From Ginkgo biloba (taxonomy: Eukaryota; Plantae; Ginkgophyta), in assembly GCA_024626585.2 (NCBI GenBank), contig JANKJI020000002.1, positions 220,777,653 to 220,801,702 on the forward strand: 24,050 bases of DNA. The letters are read 5' to 3'. Position 1 is the first letter of the stretch. Each line of letters starts with the position of its first letter. The translations under genes were made by a program, and so were the position numbers. Shown piece after piece: positions 1 to 11,186 of the stretch. A model generated the notes under the pieces. The model was given only the letters and a program-made list of their open reading frames with translations. It did not search any database and was not told where the DNA came from.

Positions 1-229
1 CCTAACATAAAATAATATTATGTTTTATATTCTATGGCCATTGATCAAATGGAGGGATGTTCAAATTTGAAAATATTGAGGACTATTTTCCCCTACCTAT
101 GTTATATTCATGCTACATTTAGGAAGATTACTTGAAGGAACTTCTCCCCCTCAGTTACCAAAGAAAACTAATATTTTGATTGAAGAACATGATGAGTATA
201 TTTCTCCTAAATAGAATCCCATTCCTTCA

Positions 230-760
230 AAATAAACATCCTCATAAAATCCTATAATATATTTCCCTCAAGGATTCAAAGGGCCTAAATAAGAAAAAGA
301 GAAAATCATTTTAACTTTGTTAATGATATACAACTTATCTCCATTCCTTTGTCTTAAGCTATGAAGGATATAACTATCAATTTTTAACAAGTTAATGAAT
401 TATATGTAAGATCAAGGAAGAAATGGAAGAACCCAATATGCATCAAGGTCTTAGTATCTAGTTATGATGTTTTATTAGGGAAGGAAATAGTGTAGAAGCA
501 TGATGATCTTAGTACTTAATTGCTACCACTATAATTCATAAAGTGATAGTGGATTTGGAAGAAGTTATCAATACGATGACATTGAAAATGATAAAATCAT
601 TATAGTTACAAGGTCTATGTAAGACTCATATTATTTCATAAATATCTGATGGATCTATATTATAACCTATAGGAATGTTAGATGATGTTATGATTTCATA
701 GTCCATTTAGGAATACCCAAGTGATTTTATAGTGATATAGCTTAAGAAAATAGCTGGAGT
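230..760 (+). mobile_element. Degenerate Ty3/gypsy gag-C-terminal/aspartic protease remnant
   Basis: Stop-interrupted translation IPLS*AMKDI...ELYVRSRKKWKNP...KHDDLS...IHKVIVDLEEVINTMT...ISDGSIL*PIGMLDDVMIS*SI*EYPSDFIVI*LKKIAG. This matches the retropepsin pattern of non-chromovirus gypsy elements (LIDLGA.INVM...LAD.S...P.G.LEDV.V...WEYP.DF.V). Boundaries approximate. Confidence 0.7.
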
Positions 761-1102
761 GATAGTTTGCATTTACCGATATTTCTGCAGTCTTGCATTA
801 TATGGCAGCATAAATAAGCCGGATTAATGTTTTATTTTCGTGTCATTTATGCTGTCTCTGGGCTGCATCAGTTCTTCCATTTGGTTCCAAGAAAACGAGA
901 GATTTAATTGTTTCAATTGTATTCTTATCCTCATGCTATACAAAACTCATGAAATTATTTATCTTGTAAGTTGCGCTCGTGCTAATTGACAATCCTCTTG
1001 CAATAAGCTAGTGCTGAATGCCATGGAATGACCATTTTTTAAAACAACTGGCACCAAGCATGATATGTCCACCTGGTTTATGCTTTGGCAGTGCCCACTC
1101 AC

Positions 1103-1174
1103 CTCCACCATTTCCCTTCTGCTTAAAGTCAACTCTGGTAAGGTGTGCATCGGTATCATTATTGTAATTCCTGC
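1103..1174 (-). other. Candidate 72-nt exon on the minus strand, product unknown
   Basis: The minus strand reads tttttcttaaattctctgtgcttCAG|gcagg...ggtggAG|GTGAGT, i.e. a strong acceptor and a consensus donor. The length is a multiple of 3 and two frames are open. No recognisable homology. Confidence 0.3.
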
Positions 1175-1321
1175 CTGAAGCACAGAGAATTTAAGAAAAA
1201 TACATTATAAATTGAAACAGGGAGTAAACAATCCAAAGCACCACCAGAAATCACATGTATGCATGTTGGTAGCCAGGTGAAGTGGTTCGGTTAGTAACTA
1301 GTGAGTATAAGTTGTCCAAGT

Positions 1322-1533
1322 GGTCATGATTTCATATGTTATGCATTCCTTTAAAGTGCCCTTCTGCACATAGAATATGTATTAGGATATTAGATTCTTT
1401 TCTTTAGACTATCACTCTTTGTATCAAGTATCCACCAGTCGCCATGATTGCAAATCCCATGGAATAGTTTCAATTGACCTTCTGCAGTGAGAATATGTAT
1501 AAGATATTAGACTCCTTTCTTCAAATAGTCATT
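1322..1533. repeat. Degenerate ~118-bp tandem duplication
   Basis: ccttctgcacatagaatatgtattaggatattagattcttttctt (from 1360) vs ccttctgcagtgagaatatgtataagatattagactcctttctt (from 1478). catgatt also recurs at the same 118-bp offset. Confidence 0.7.
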
Positions 1534-2327
1534 CATTAAAAATAGCATACAACTAATGTTGATATGAAACTTGATGCAATATTACGGGATATTTATATTG
1601 GTGTACCCCTATTTTCCTACAAATTATTATGTTTTTCAAAAAGGAAACCTAGGTGGAAATTCGCCAAGGTATTGAGGCCCTGGTTCTCATGAAGATGTAA
1701 TGGCTGTATGTGTTAGGTTTCGTGGTACAGACACACCAATATCTCCACGGGTTTTGAATTTTTAACCAGCCTTAGTGAAGTCCAAGTGCCTAGCCATTCA
1801 AGCTACACCACTTTCTTATAACGACAATAACACCAATTATACTCTTATGCATGGACAATATATAAAATATATTACTCAATGCAACACTCATTTTATGGAA
1901 GTCAGCTACATTAGCATTTAGATAAAGCACACTAACAACATGACAAGTATGAAATTACATGTCCACATAGGGTAAATGACTTTGTACATTTTCCATGCAT
2001 TCAAAATAAAGGGACCCAAAAAGACTTAAAGCTTATAAAAACAAAACAGAAATACTCTTGCACACATATTTCATGAAGCAACAAAACACTTCATGTCAGG
2101 TATGATTGTCTAGGAATGGAATGACTCTATCCTAATCAGGACCATGTTAAGAATGTTCTTGCTCATGCCACAAATGTTGATGATGGATATCATAAAATAA
2201 TAAAGTATTAAATGACTGCACAGAGATCTACCAAAAACACTTCCACACCTGTTCTTTCCCGAACATTGGAGTTAGAATAACAAACAAAGATAAAAATAAC
2301 CAAGAATGGCACTGAGGATTTCATATA

Positions 2328-3227
2328 NNNNNNNNNNNNNNNNNNNNNNNNNNNNNNNNNNNNNNNNNNNNNNNNNNNNNNNNNNNNNNNNNNNNNNNNN
2401 NNNNNNNNNNNNNNNNNNNNNNNNNNNNNNNNNNNNNNNNNNNNNNNNNNNNNNNNNNNNNNNNNNNNNNNNNNNNNNNNNNNNNNNNNNNNNNNNNNNN
2501 NNNNNNNNNNNNNNNNNNNNNNNNNNNNNNNNNNNNNNNNNNNNNNNNNNNNNNNNNNNNNNNNNNNNNNNNNNNNNNNNNNNNNNNNNNNNNNNNNNNN
2601 NNNNNNNNNNNNNNNNNNNNNNNNNNNNNNNNNNNNNNNNNNNNNNNNNNNNNNNNNNNNNNNNNNNNNNNNNNNNNNNNNNNNNNNNNNNNNNNNNNNN
2701 NNNNNNNNNNNNNNNNNNNNNNNNNNNNNNNNNNNNNNNNNNNNNNNNNNNNNNNNNNNNNNNNNNNNNNNNNNNNNNNNNNNNNNNNNNNNNNNNNNNN
2801 NNNNNNNNNNNNNNNNNNNNNNNNNNNNNNNNNNNNNNNNNNNNNNNNNNNNNNNNNNNNNNNNNNNNNNNNNNNNNNNNNNNNNNNNNNNNNNNNNNNN
2901 NNNNNNNNNNNNNNNNNNNNNNNNNNNNNNNNNNNNNNNNNNNNNNNNNNNNNNNNNNNNNNNNNNNNNNNNNNNNNNNNNNNNNNNNNNNNNNNNNNNN
3001 NNNNNNNNNNNNNNNNNNNNNNNNNNNNNNNNNNNNNNNNNNNNNNNNNNNNNNNNNNNNNNNNNNNNNNNNNNNNNNNNNNNNNNNNNNNNNNNNNNNN
3101 NNNNNNNNNNNNNNNNNNNNNNNNNNNNNNNNNNNNNNNNNNNNNNNNNNNNNNNNNNNNNNNNNNNNNNNNNNNNNNNNNNNNNNNNNNNNNNNNNNNN
3201 NNNNNNNNNNNNNNNNNNNNNNNNNNN
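2328..3227. other. Assembly gap (N run)
   Basis: Continuous N. Confidence 1.
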
Positions 3228-5287
3228 CAAATATCTGGTGGTTGCATCCCATGACCAGAGCCATATGCATAATTTTCTTTTGTAAATCTTTCCTTTTTGA
3301 AGAATTAATACTATTATGAAGTTTTATTCCCCATGATGGTTTCTCTAGTTCAAAACTTTGTATCTATGTGAGAATTTACGTGTTTCTAATATTTCTTTTA
3401 CTCTTGTGTTTTTAGATTTAAGTGATAGGGATACATGCAAGTTTCAAATAAAAAATTTAACCATTTTATTAAAATAAAATAAAATAAAGAATATGTAGTT
3501 AATAACATTGGGAAATTTTGACCCACCCACTGAGATATGAATCAAAAGAAAAAAGGAAGGATTTTGTAGACAATATCCAAACTCATATAGTAATGGAAAA
3601 CAATGATAGCATGATCACATATATCAATATTAACAGCATTAACATTAGTGCTTTTCAAGTTATGGCTATTAGAATCTTGAGAATCCTGGGAGCTATAGAT
3701 TTGTAAATAAATCTAATAATAATGTATGATTCCTTACACCACAAGTAGAGGTATAATTTGGAAAAATTTTATGCTATGAAAATTAAGGAAGACTTATATC
3801 ATGCATAGATAGGATAGTTGAATGTATTTTGACATTATTCAGTCATCCAAGCATTATTGCTAGTAAGGTATCCTTGATACAGAGTTGTTGAATATAAAAC
3901 AACTAAGATATCCAAAATATTATATTTTGAAGAATAATCAATATAAGCGAAAGAAGTGTAGCAATCACTACCTTTGTATGTATTATTATAGATGACGACA
4001 TAGGATTATACTTTAGATCTGTATCACAAGTCAATAATTGTTGATGATTGCCACAAGTCAGCTCATTTATATCCAAACGACACATGATATAAGCATTGCT
4101 GCCACAAAGTTATATTTGACCAAGTGTAATATGATGTTGCCCATCATTGGTAATGTTGATATGGAGTTATATGCCACACGGATGAACTCGTAAAGAAACC
4201 AAGGTGCATATTGATCCCAATCTTGTTTGAATAAACATATATGCCAACCCTACTTCAAAAGCAAAATCTCACTTAGCAGTAGGCTACACGGGCTTACCAA
4301 ACACCATCTTCCTTGATTGATGCCACCTTATCCTTATTTGTCCTTTTGCTCTTGGCAACAAACACATTTTAATGTTTTGTACATTCATAAGTTCCAAGCC
4401 TCCCAAATAAAGTACAATTTTGGTTCCTAGTATTATAGGTTGAATAGTTAGGATAGTTATACTTATGGAATATGGATCAAATAAACTTCCATTAGGGTTT
4501 GAAACTTTTCATTTATGGAATAGTACAAAAGCTACAACTTGCACATAATAGTAAATGGCATATTTTATCCAGGTTTGTATGCTAATTGTGTAGGGTTCAA
4601 CATCACCTTCAAAGTGAGTAGTTGTGGCAGATACCTTATGAGAAAGTTATGATCATTAAGATTTAGTCGAACTTTTAGGTTGTTTTGCCAGTAGAGTGTT
4701 GAGCCTTGTTGACATCACTTAACTATGCGCTCAACAAGCAAATTATATGGGTGAATTGATTGCATGAAGAGTGACTTGTTTGCGTAAGAAAACTTCTTTT
4801 ATGGATCAACGGACATCCATCATCATTATCATAGTTCTTCTACTTAGTGTTCTCTTTGCTAACATGCTAAGGAACAATTTTTCTCTTGCAATTTTTGGAA
4901 AGACAAGTGCCCAAGGGAGTTTGTTGGCTTTCTACAAGAGTTTCAAGGGTTAAAACAAGTTGCCCCATTGGAGAAGACAACTTGATGTTTTAAAATAGAA
5001 AATCTAACTTCAATGATTTGAATTTGGTTCTTCCTGAATCCTGATACATCCCATTCATTGTTGTTACTATGCATGCTATTTTTTAGATTTGTACTTTCTA
5101 TTTAAATTAAGGGTTGCAAACTTGTATTATGTATATTTATGGCTGAATTTTAATGGTTCTATGCTTTGATGATGTATGCATGTTAGAGGTCATGTGTAAG
5201 CCTTGTGTGAAAGGCTTATTGTCACATACCAGGAAATCCTAGTTCTAAGCCTGGTCAAAGGGAAGTCAAAGTGGTCAAATGGGCTTA

Positions 5288-6215
5288 NNNNNNNNNNNNN
5301 NNNNNNNNNNNNNNNNNNNNNNNNNNNNNNNNNNNNNNNNNNNNNNNNNNNNNNNNNNNNNNNNNNNNNNNNNNNNNNNNNNNNNNNNNNNNNNNNNNNN
5401 NNNNNNNNNNNNNNNNNNNNNNNNNNNNNNNNNNNNNNNNNNNNNNNNNNNNNNNNNNNNNNNNNNNNNNNNNNNNNNNNNNNNNNNNNNNNNNNNNNNN
5501 NNNNNNNNNNNNNNNNNNNNNNNNNNNNNNNNNNNNNNNNNNNNNNNNNNNNNNNNNNNNNNNNNNNNNNNNNNNNNNNNNNNNNNNNNNNNNNNNNNNN
5601 NNNNNNNNNNNNNNNNNNNNNNNNNNNNNNNNNNNNNNNNNNNNNNNNNNNNNNNNNNNNNNNNNNNNNNNNNNNNNNNNNNNNNNNNNNNNNNNNNNNN
5701 NNNNNNNNNNNNNNNNNNNNNNNNNNNNNNNNNNNNNNNNNNNNNNNNNNNNNNNNNNNNNNNNNNNNNNNNNNNNNNNNNNNNNNNNNNNNNNNNNNNN
5801 NNNNNNNNNNNNNNNNNNNNNNNNNNNNNNNNNNNNNNNNNNNNNNNNNNNNNNNNNNNNNNNNNNNNNNNNNNNNNNNNNNNNNNNNNNNNNNNNNNNN
5901 NNNNNNNNNNNNNNNNNNNNNNNNNNNNNNNNNNNNNNNNNNNNNNNNNNNNNNNNNNNNNNNNNNNNNNNNNNNNNNNNNNNNNNNNNNNNNNNNNNNN
6001 NNNNNNNNNNNNNNNNNNNNNNNNNNNNNNNNNNNNNNNNNNNNNNNNNNNNNNNNNNNNNNNNNNNNNNNNNNNNNNNNNNNNNNNNNNNNNNNNNNNN
6101 NNNNNNNNNNNNNNNNNNNNNNNNNNNNNNNNNNNNNNNNNNNNNNNNNNNNNNNNNNNNNNNNNNNNNNNNNNNNNNNNNNNNNNNNNNNNNNNNNNNN
6201 NNNNNNNNNNNNNNN
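5288..6215. other. Assembly gap (N run)
   Basis: Continuous N. Many further short N gaps (about 10-100 nt) occur between 9650 and 22099. Confidence 1.
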
Positions 6216-7143
6216 ATACAAGCTCCCTAATTACCACTAAACACTTTAGTTCTCACCTAAGTTAATGCTTTGTTAAGACTTGCTCAAAATAGTAACAAGC
6301 ACATGCATATTAACTTAATTATAAATTACAATACTTTATTAGCAAACGATAATTAAAGTGAGAGAGATAATATGGAACTAGGAAGAGAAAACCCTTAGGC
6401 AAAAAACTCTCCAATATGATCCCCTTTGGTCATAGCCCCAAATAGGCTTAACTCCATAGGACCAACACTATCCCTTCCAATGGTTTGGATGGCACATCAA
6501 ATATTTCATAAGATAATCTTGGGATTACTTTTCTTAGGAAAGGGAATATGTAGATAAGAATTGAACAAAGGGTGGTAAGATGAGAACATCAAGATAGATA
6601 TTTATTCACCTTCCTCCACCTTCACCTTCATCTTCAAATTCACTAGACAAATTCTAAGCAATCTATATATTTTCATTTTCTAGATTAAATTATAAATATA
6701 TATATATTGACCCCATGATAGAATTTTCTCACTAAAATCCAATTTTTTACTGCATATTATGCATCCAACAATTGTAAAGTTACTTTGGGCAACTTAATCC
6801 CAGTCATATCCATTATTAGTTTTTATCCACTATCTACCTTAATTATAATTGGATGCTATGGTGTTATTATATATTAGAGAGGACACACTCTTACCTCAAA
6901 CCTTATGAATACTATCATACATAACATGGGAATAAATTCTATTTAATGAAATATTTTTATTCTAACTACATTAAATGATTGCCATGACAACATTTTCTCC
7001 ATTGACAACATCAAAGTGACATTGTGGACATGGATAGGGATAAGATTATATATATATAACTTCTAAATATAGTCCTTAAATATGATAATTACAATGTCAC
7101 TTTGGTTTCTAAACACACATACACACACATACAATATGGAAGT

Positions 7144-7841
7144 TGTTGGACGGGGATCCGACGCAAGTCAGCCAAAGCATAAATAGACATTGATGGGGTG
7201 GCTCACTGACAGAATGGTTCAACGACGAGCATCGATGAAAGAAGGAAGACACCGACAAAGAGAAGTGGATCGACATCGACGGACTAGTCAATCACCGACA
7301 TGAGTTGGATGATCGACTCATGTCGGCAGAAGGATCCTATAAAGATCACCGACGACAACAAGGGCATTCCACTGACACCTACCGAGGACTCTGTCAGATC
7401 TCTTCGACATGAATGTCGGTTGTAACTGTCGCGGCGGTTATGTAACCGCCTGTAACTTGTATATATAGACATTGTAGGTAGCTAGCACCAGCTTATGGGT
7501 TTTTGTATGGAACGTAATTGGATGTAATGTATTCTGATGTAATGAGCTTGGTACATAATAGAATGACTTGGGTGGTTTTTCACATATCTGTGTACAGTTG
7601 AATGAATGTGATTGACTCATGCGATGTGATCTTATATATGTATGCATGCAACTCTAAGTAGGTAGGGAATCGTTGTACACCGGTTAGGCATACCATATGC
7701 TTAACAGTTTGTTAAGCTTAATACTAGAATGTTATGTTAATTTTTATGGTGGTGTGTGATTGATTAAGTTCTGGTTGAAGAACAATTCAACCTATTGTTT
7801 GAATAAAAGTTTCATTCCTTTCTTGAATTGCAGTTTACAAA
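7144..7841 (+). mobile_element. Candidate solo LTR
   Basis: Begins TGTTG at 7144 with an abrupt switch to CpG-rich sequence. Has TATATATAG at 7460, a TG-rich downstream part and AATAAA at 7802. Left flank gaagt vs aaagt at 7842-7846 is only an imperfect TSD, and the 3' CA terminus is not clean, so the right boundary is uncertain. Confidence 0.5.
7157..7468 (+). promoter_or_regulatory. Cluster of CCGAC (DRE/CRT core) motifs upstream of a TATA-like box
   Basis: ACCGAC at 7251, 7294 and 7348. Reverse-strand GCCGAC at 7322-7327 and ACCGAC at 7415-7420. TCCGAC at 7157. Deaminated-looking ACTGAC at 7205 and 7371. TATATATAG at 7460. Function not shown. Confidence 0.45.
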
Positions 7842-8288
7842 AAAGTGCTACCATATATTTTCTACATCAATAGGCATTATGTACACCCCATTCATTTTGA
7901 ATGGTTTTGGAAGCATATCACACTTGTCGCTTCATGTAGATGGATCTATGTATAAAATCAAAACTATGGATCATAAATGTTTGTGCCTTAGCCTCTTATT
8001 TCTCCTTTATGAACCAATTTAGCAATTGATTCTCGTTTGCCTTCTACAGACCACAAACATAAACTTCAAACTTTTCCTCCTTTATTGATTTGGTTCAAGA
8101 GTAATAGAAAGAGTCTACATCCATTTGGAAGCATCAAGAGGAAGAGAAAGAACATCTAAGATTTATTTTAATGCCTTGCAACCTTCTTTCACACCCTTTG
8201 ATTATAATATGTTTAGGCTTGTCTTGCATCTAACCTATTCTTTGCACAAATATGATCTTCCGCGTGTATTCATATAATTGGTTCAAAA

Positions 8289-8682
8289 TGTAACTAGGTG
8301 AGCAAAGGGATCTCGCAATTTTGGATCGGTATTTGGTAGTGGTTAATCTTTGGTAGTGGAGTGGATTTGAGTTGGATTGCATCTAGATGCTTCTTGCTTG
8401 AAGCCACTCTTTTGGCTAATGAACCCTATCCATGATTTAAGTCTACACAATCAAATTCTAATATTTAATAACCTTTTAGGGCATTTAGAACTTGCAGAAA
8501 TTAAGACTTACCCAAGTTACAACTTGCACAAGCACGCATACAAACTAGTCTTGGGTAGTTGGGAAATTATCGTTGAATGTAACCAAATGTAATTGGTAGA
8601 ATGGGGTAGCTTGGTACTATATAATGACCTCTTTTCTATTGATGTATACACCATGGTGGACTAGCCTAAGCTACTTGCTACA
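8289..8682 (+). mobile_element. Candidate 5' LTR of the gypsy-like element whose gag lies at 9451-9649
   Basis: Termini TGTAAC...GCTACA form an imperfect inverted repeat. CTATATAA lies near 8617, and TGG begins at 8684, where a PBS would sit. A same-strand gag fragment lies ~770 bp downstream. I could not match the PBS to a specific tRNA. Confidence 0.4.
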
Positions 8683-9450
8683 TTGGTCCTTGCACCAAAT
8701 ACATTGCATGTTTTAATACATTCCATACTTGACTATCTTTTCTATTCCTTCTCTACATACCAATCTGACAACATTTAGGATTGAACTTGCTATGAGAAAT
8801 ATTCTCAGTTATGGGATTTTACTTCCTTCACATCTTAGACGCTATTGTGATCAGGATGAAGAGGTGTTCATAGCCAATGGTGGGAGAATATTGTGTAGAC
8901 CTACCTTGTTCAAGAAGCAAAGGTCATTCATATTTTTGTGACCCTTTTGGAAGAACAATTCTTCATTAAAGACGTGGAGCATTTCTTTACTTTTGTTCCT
9001 ACCTTGATCTAGAAATCGTCAACCAATGTAAATAGATGGAGGGAGAGATTCATGCTCCACTTGCCTTCCTCTATCAAGAAGCAGGGACTTTGGCATTTTG
9101 CCCATCTTATTGCACAACTAGCAGGAGCTCTTAAATTGTAGGAGGAGGATCTTTGCAAAGAAAGATGTATTCAACTATTTGATGTTGAGGGAAGTTTGGC
9201 ATGGTTGAGTTTGGAGGATGTTTGTTTGAAGTAAGATGGTAGGTAAGGAGCGAGTCTTGCAAAGGTGAGTTTAAGGCTGATGTGGGATTTCCGACAAAGT
9301 TTACTAGTAGAAAAGGTTGTGGTGGTGGCCTAAGGTGACAAGGCAACAAATTTCTCAAAAAAAAAGAGGCTCCTCCCATCCCATAAAAAGGCGAGAGTAG
9401 TGGACTCAGATTCTTTGGCATCCCCAATGAGGTTGGTTGAGAGGCAATGA

Positions 9451-9649
9451 TTACCCACCTTTAGTGGTGGGGAGAATGAAGATCCAACAAGACTATTTGT
9501 GAAACATTATGGATAACAAATGGGGTAGAGGATAGAGCTGAGTGGCTGAGAGTTTTTCCAACCACCTTGCCAGGTGAAGCAAACAACTGTTACAAGGAAT
9601 TCGTTAAAGGACACTTCTCATCATGGTTAACATTAGGGGAAGTGATCCA
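9451..9649 (+). mobile_element. Retrotransposon gag fragment (Ty3/gypsy-like), frameshifted, cut by gap
   Basis: LPTFSGGENEDP / KTICETLWITNGVEDRAEWLRVFPTTLPGEANNCYKEFVKGHFSSWLTL fits the retrotransposon-gag pattern LP.F.G...EDP...F..TL.G.A..WY..L......W..L. Confidence 0.75.
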
Positions 9650-9749
9650 NNNNNNNNNNNNNNNNNNNNNNNNNNNNNNNNNNNNNNNNNNNNNNNNNNN
9701 NNNNNNNNNNNNNNNNNNNNNNNNNNNNNNNNNNNNNNNNNNNNNNNNN

Positions 9750-10756
9750 ATAGAGGGATGGTTTGGAGATATAATAACATTAGTGTAAAACAAGGATTTG
9801 GTTTATCCCCTACACTATTTGGCCTATATATTGATAAAATTGGGCAATGTCTAGGACAAGAAAAATGCATAGGAATTCAACTCGCAAACTCAATCGCGAG
9901 TCTCTTACTATATGTGGACAATATACTCCTTTTAGCTTGAAGCATTACAAACCTACTCAAATAGCTAAAGGTCTTACAATCCTCTTTTAGTCCTAGTTCA
10001 CATTGAATGTAGACAAAACAAAAGTTATGACAATCAAGTACAAGAAATCTACATATCAAATTGTCCATTGCAATGGGGAAATTACAGAATCTGTCAAAAT
10101 GTACAAATAGCTTGGAATTAATTTCTCCAGAACTCTTAACTTGAACCTTTACATGGAAGGAAAGTTAAATGGAGNNNNNNNNNNNNNNNNNAGACTTGAA
10201 AATAAATGTTGAAATGCAAAATATCGGTTATGACAAGAGAAAAAGGCCTAGTTCATCAACCTAATGACACTGATAATCCTTTACGCCTACAGGCAAGTAG
10301 CATTTCACTTGAAACATGGATGAAAATAGAATAAATCTAAAAGCAATATGTCTAGACTCTAGACTATAACAAGAGTAAAGGTTGTAGTCCCTTGTCCTAT
10401 TCTCCTCCTCGAACTTGTTCTAATCCCTTAAGAAGCCAAAGCATTAATGAGATGTTTGACATGTAGGACAANNNNNNNNNNNNNNNNNNNNNNNTAATTA
10501 TAGTTGTTATATATTCAAGTGGTGACACTTACCAAAGAGTAAAGTGAGAGTGGATTAAGGGCAACACACATTACTTGAATAGGTGGGAATCTAGACAAAT
10601 GAGATCCTAGGACCAAGCAAGACTAAGCAAGTATGTTGTTAATAAGATATTCAACAAATTGAGGTATCTCAATGTCATCATTGACAAAAGAAAATGACTT
10701 ACCATAAGAAAGTCGTCAATCAAGAGTTGAAATTGTAATATTTTCTAGAATAAGCG
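9750..10756 (+). mobile_element. Degenerate non-LTR retrotransposon (LINE) ORF2, RT core and C-terminal region
   Basis: SVKQGFGLSPTLFGLYID (QG..LSP.LF motif), LLLYVDNILLLA (decayed YADD), LNVDKTKVM, YK*LGINF, then SISLETWMKIE*I*K and VPCPILLLELVLIP*EAKA. Many stops and frameshifts. The 3' boundary is approximate. Confidence 0.88.
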
Positions 10757-10862
10757 NNNNNNNNNNNNNNNNNNNNNNNNNNNNNNNNNNNNNNNNNNNN
10801 NNNNNNNNNNNNNNNNNNNNNNNNNNNNNNNNNNNNNNNNNNNNNNNNNNNNNNNNTTTTTC

Positions 10863-10931
10863 GTGAAACAAGTTTCACATGTTTCTACCTTAGTGAAACT
10901 TTGGCGTTTTGTGAAACCAGGGTAAACATGG
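10863..10931. mobile_element. Possible end of a non-autonomous DNA transposon (subterminal GTGAAAC repeats)
   Basis: GTGAAAC or its reverse complement occurs at 10863, 10872, 10893 and 10911, and the stretch ends in gggtaaacatgg. Any other end would lie in or beyond the gap, so no TIR pair or TSD can be seen. Confidence 0.3.
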
Positions 10932-11186
10932 TTTCATGCCTTTCCCTATGTATGGGAGTAAATAAATATTCATCTTTTGCATCAATCCTTCTCGTTCATT
11001 TTCCTTTTCATGTTCTAAAACAAAATCAAATATGTCTTCATCATTTAAATGTTGTCAAAGTGAACTCCCTTAAGCACAGAAATTATGTGTGGAATGGTTG
11101 CACAGTGCGAATCATATAGATGTTCTGGTTAGGTCTCAGCATTTCAGTTTTGGCTTTAATAGAGCTCAATTTTATATCTTTTGCAG

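Noticed and set aside
4290-4430. L1 LINE C-terminal GGLG-like motif on the minus strand (LGGLELMNVQNIKMCLL)
   Set aside because: A single weak motif without supporting flanking homology.
2208-6265. 300+ aa ORFs in the ORF track
   Set aside because: They are almost entirely X and arise from translating N gaps. The same applies to the X-containing ORFs near 16400-18500 and 22000.
6216-6700. Reverse-oriented LTR remnant
   Set aside because: The composition is suggestive, but no termini, TSD or second copy could be identified.
7112-7133. Short interrupted (CA)n microsatellite
   Set aside because: Too short and common to be informative.
8684-8700. Specific tRNA assignment for the PBS-like TGGTCCTTGCACC
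   Set aside because: It does not match any plant tRNA 3' end that I can recall with confidence, so it was kept only as positional support for the LTR.
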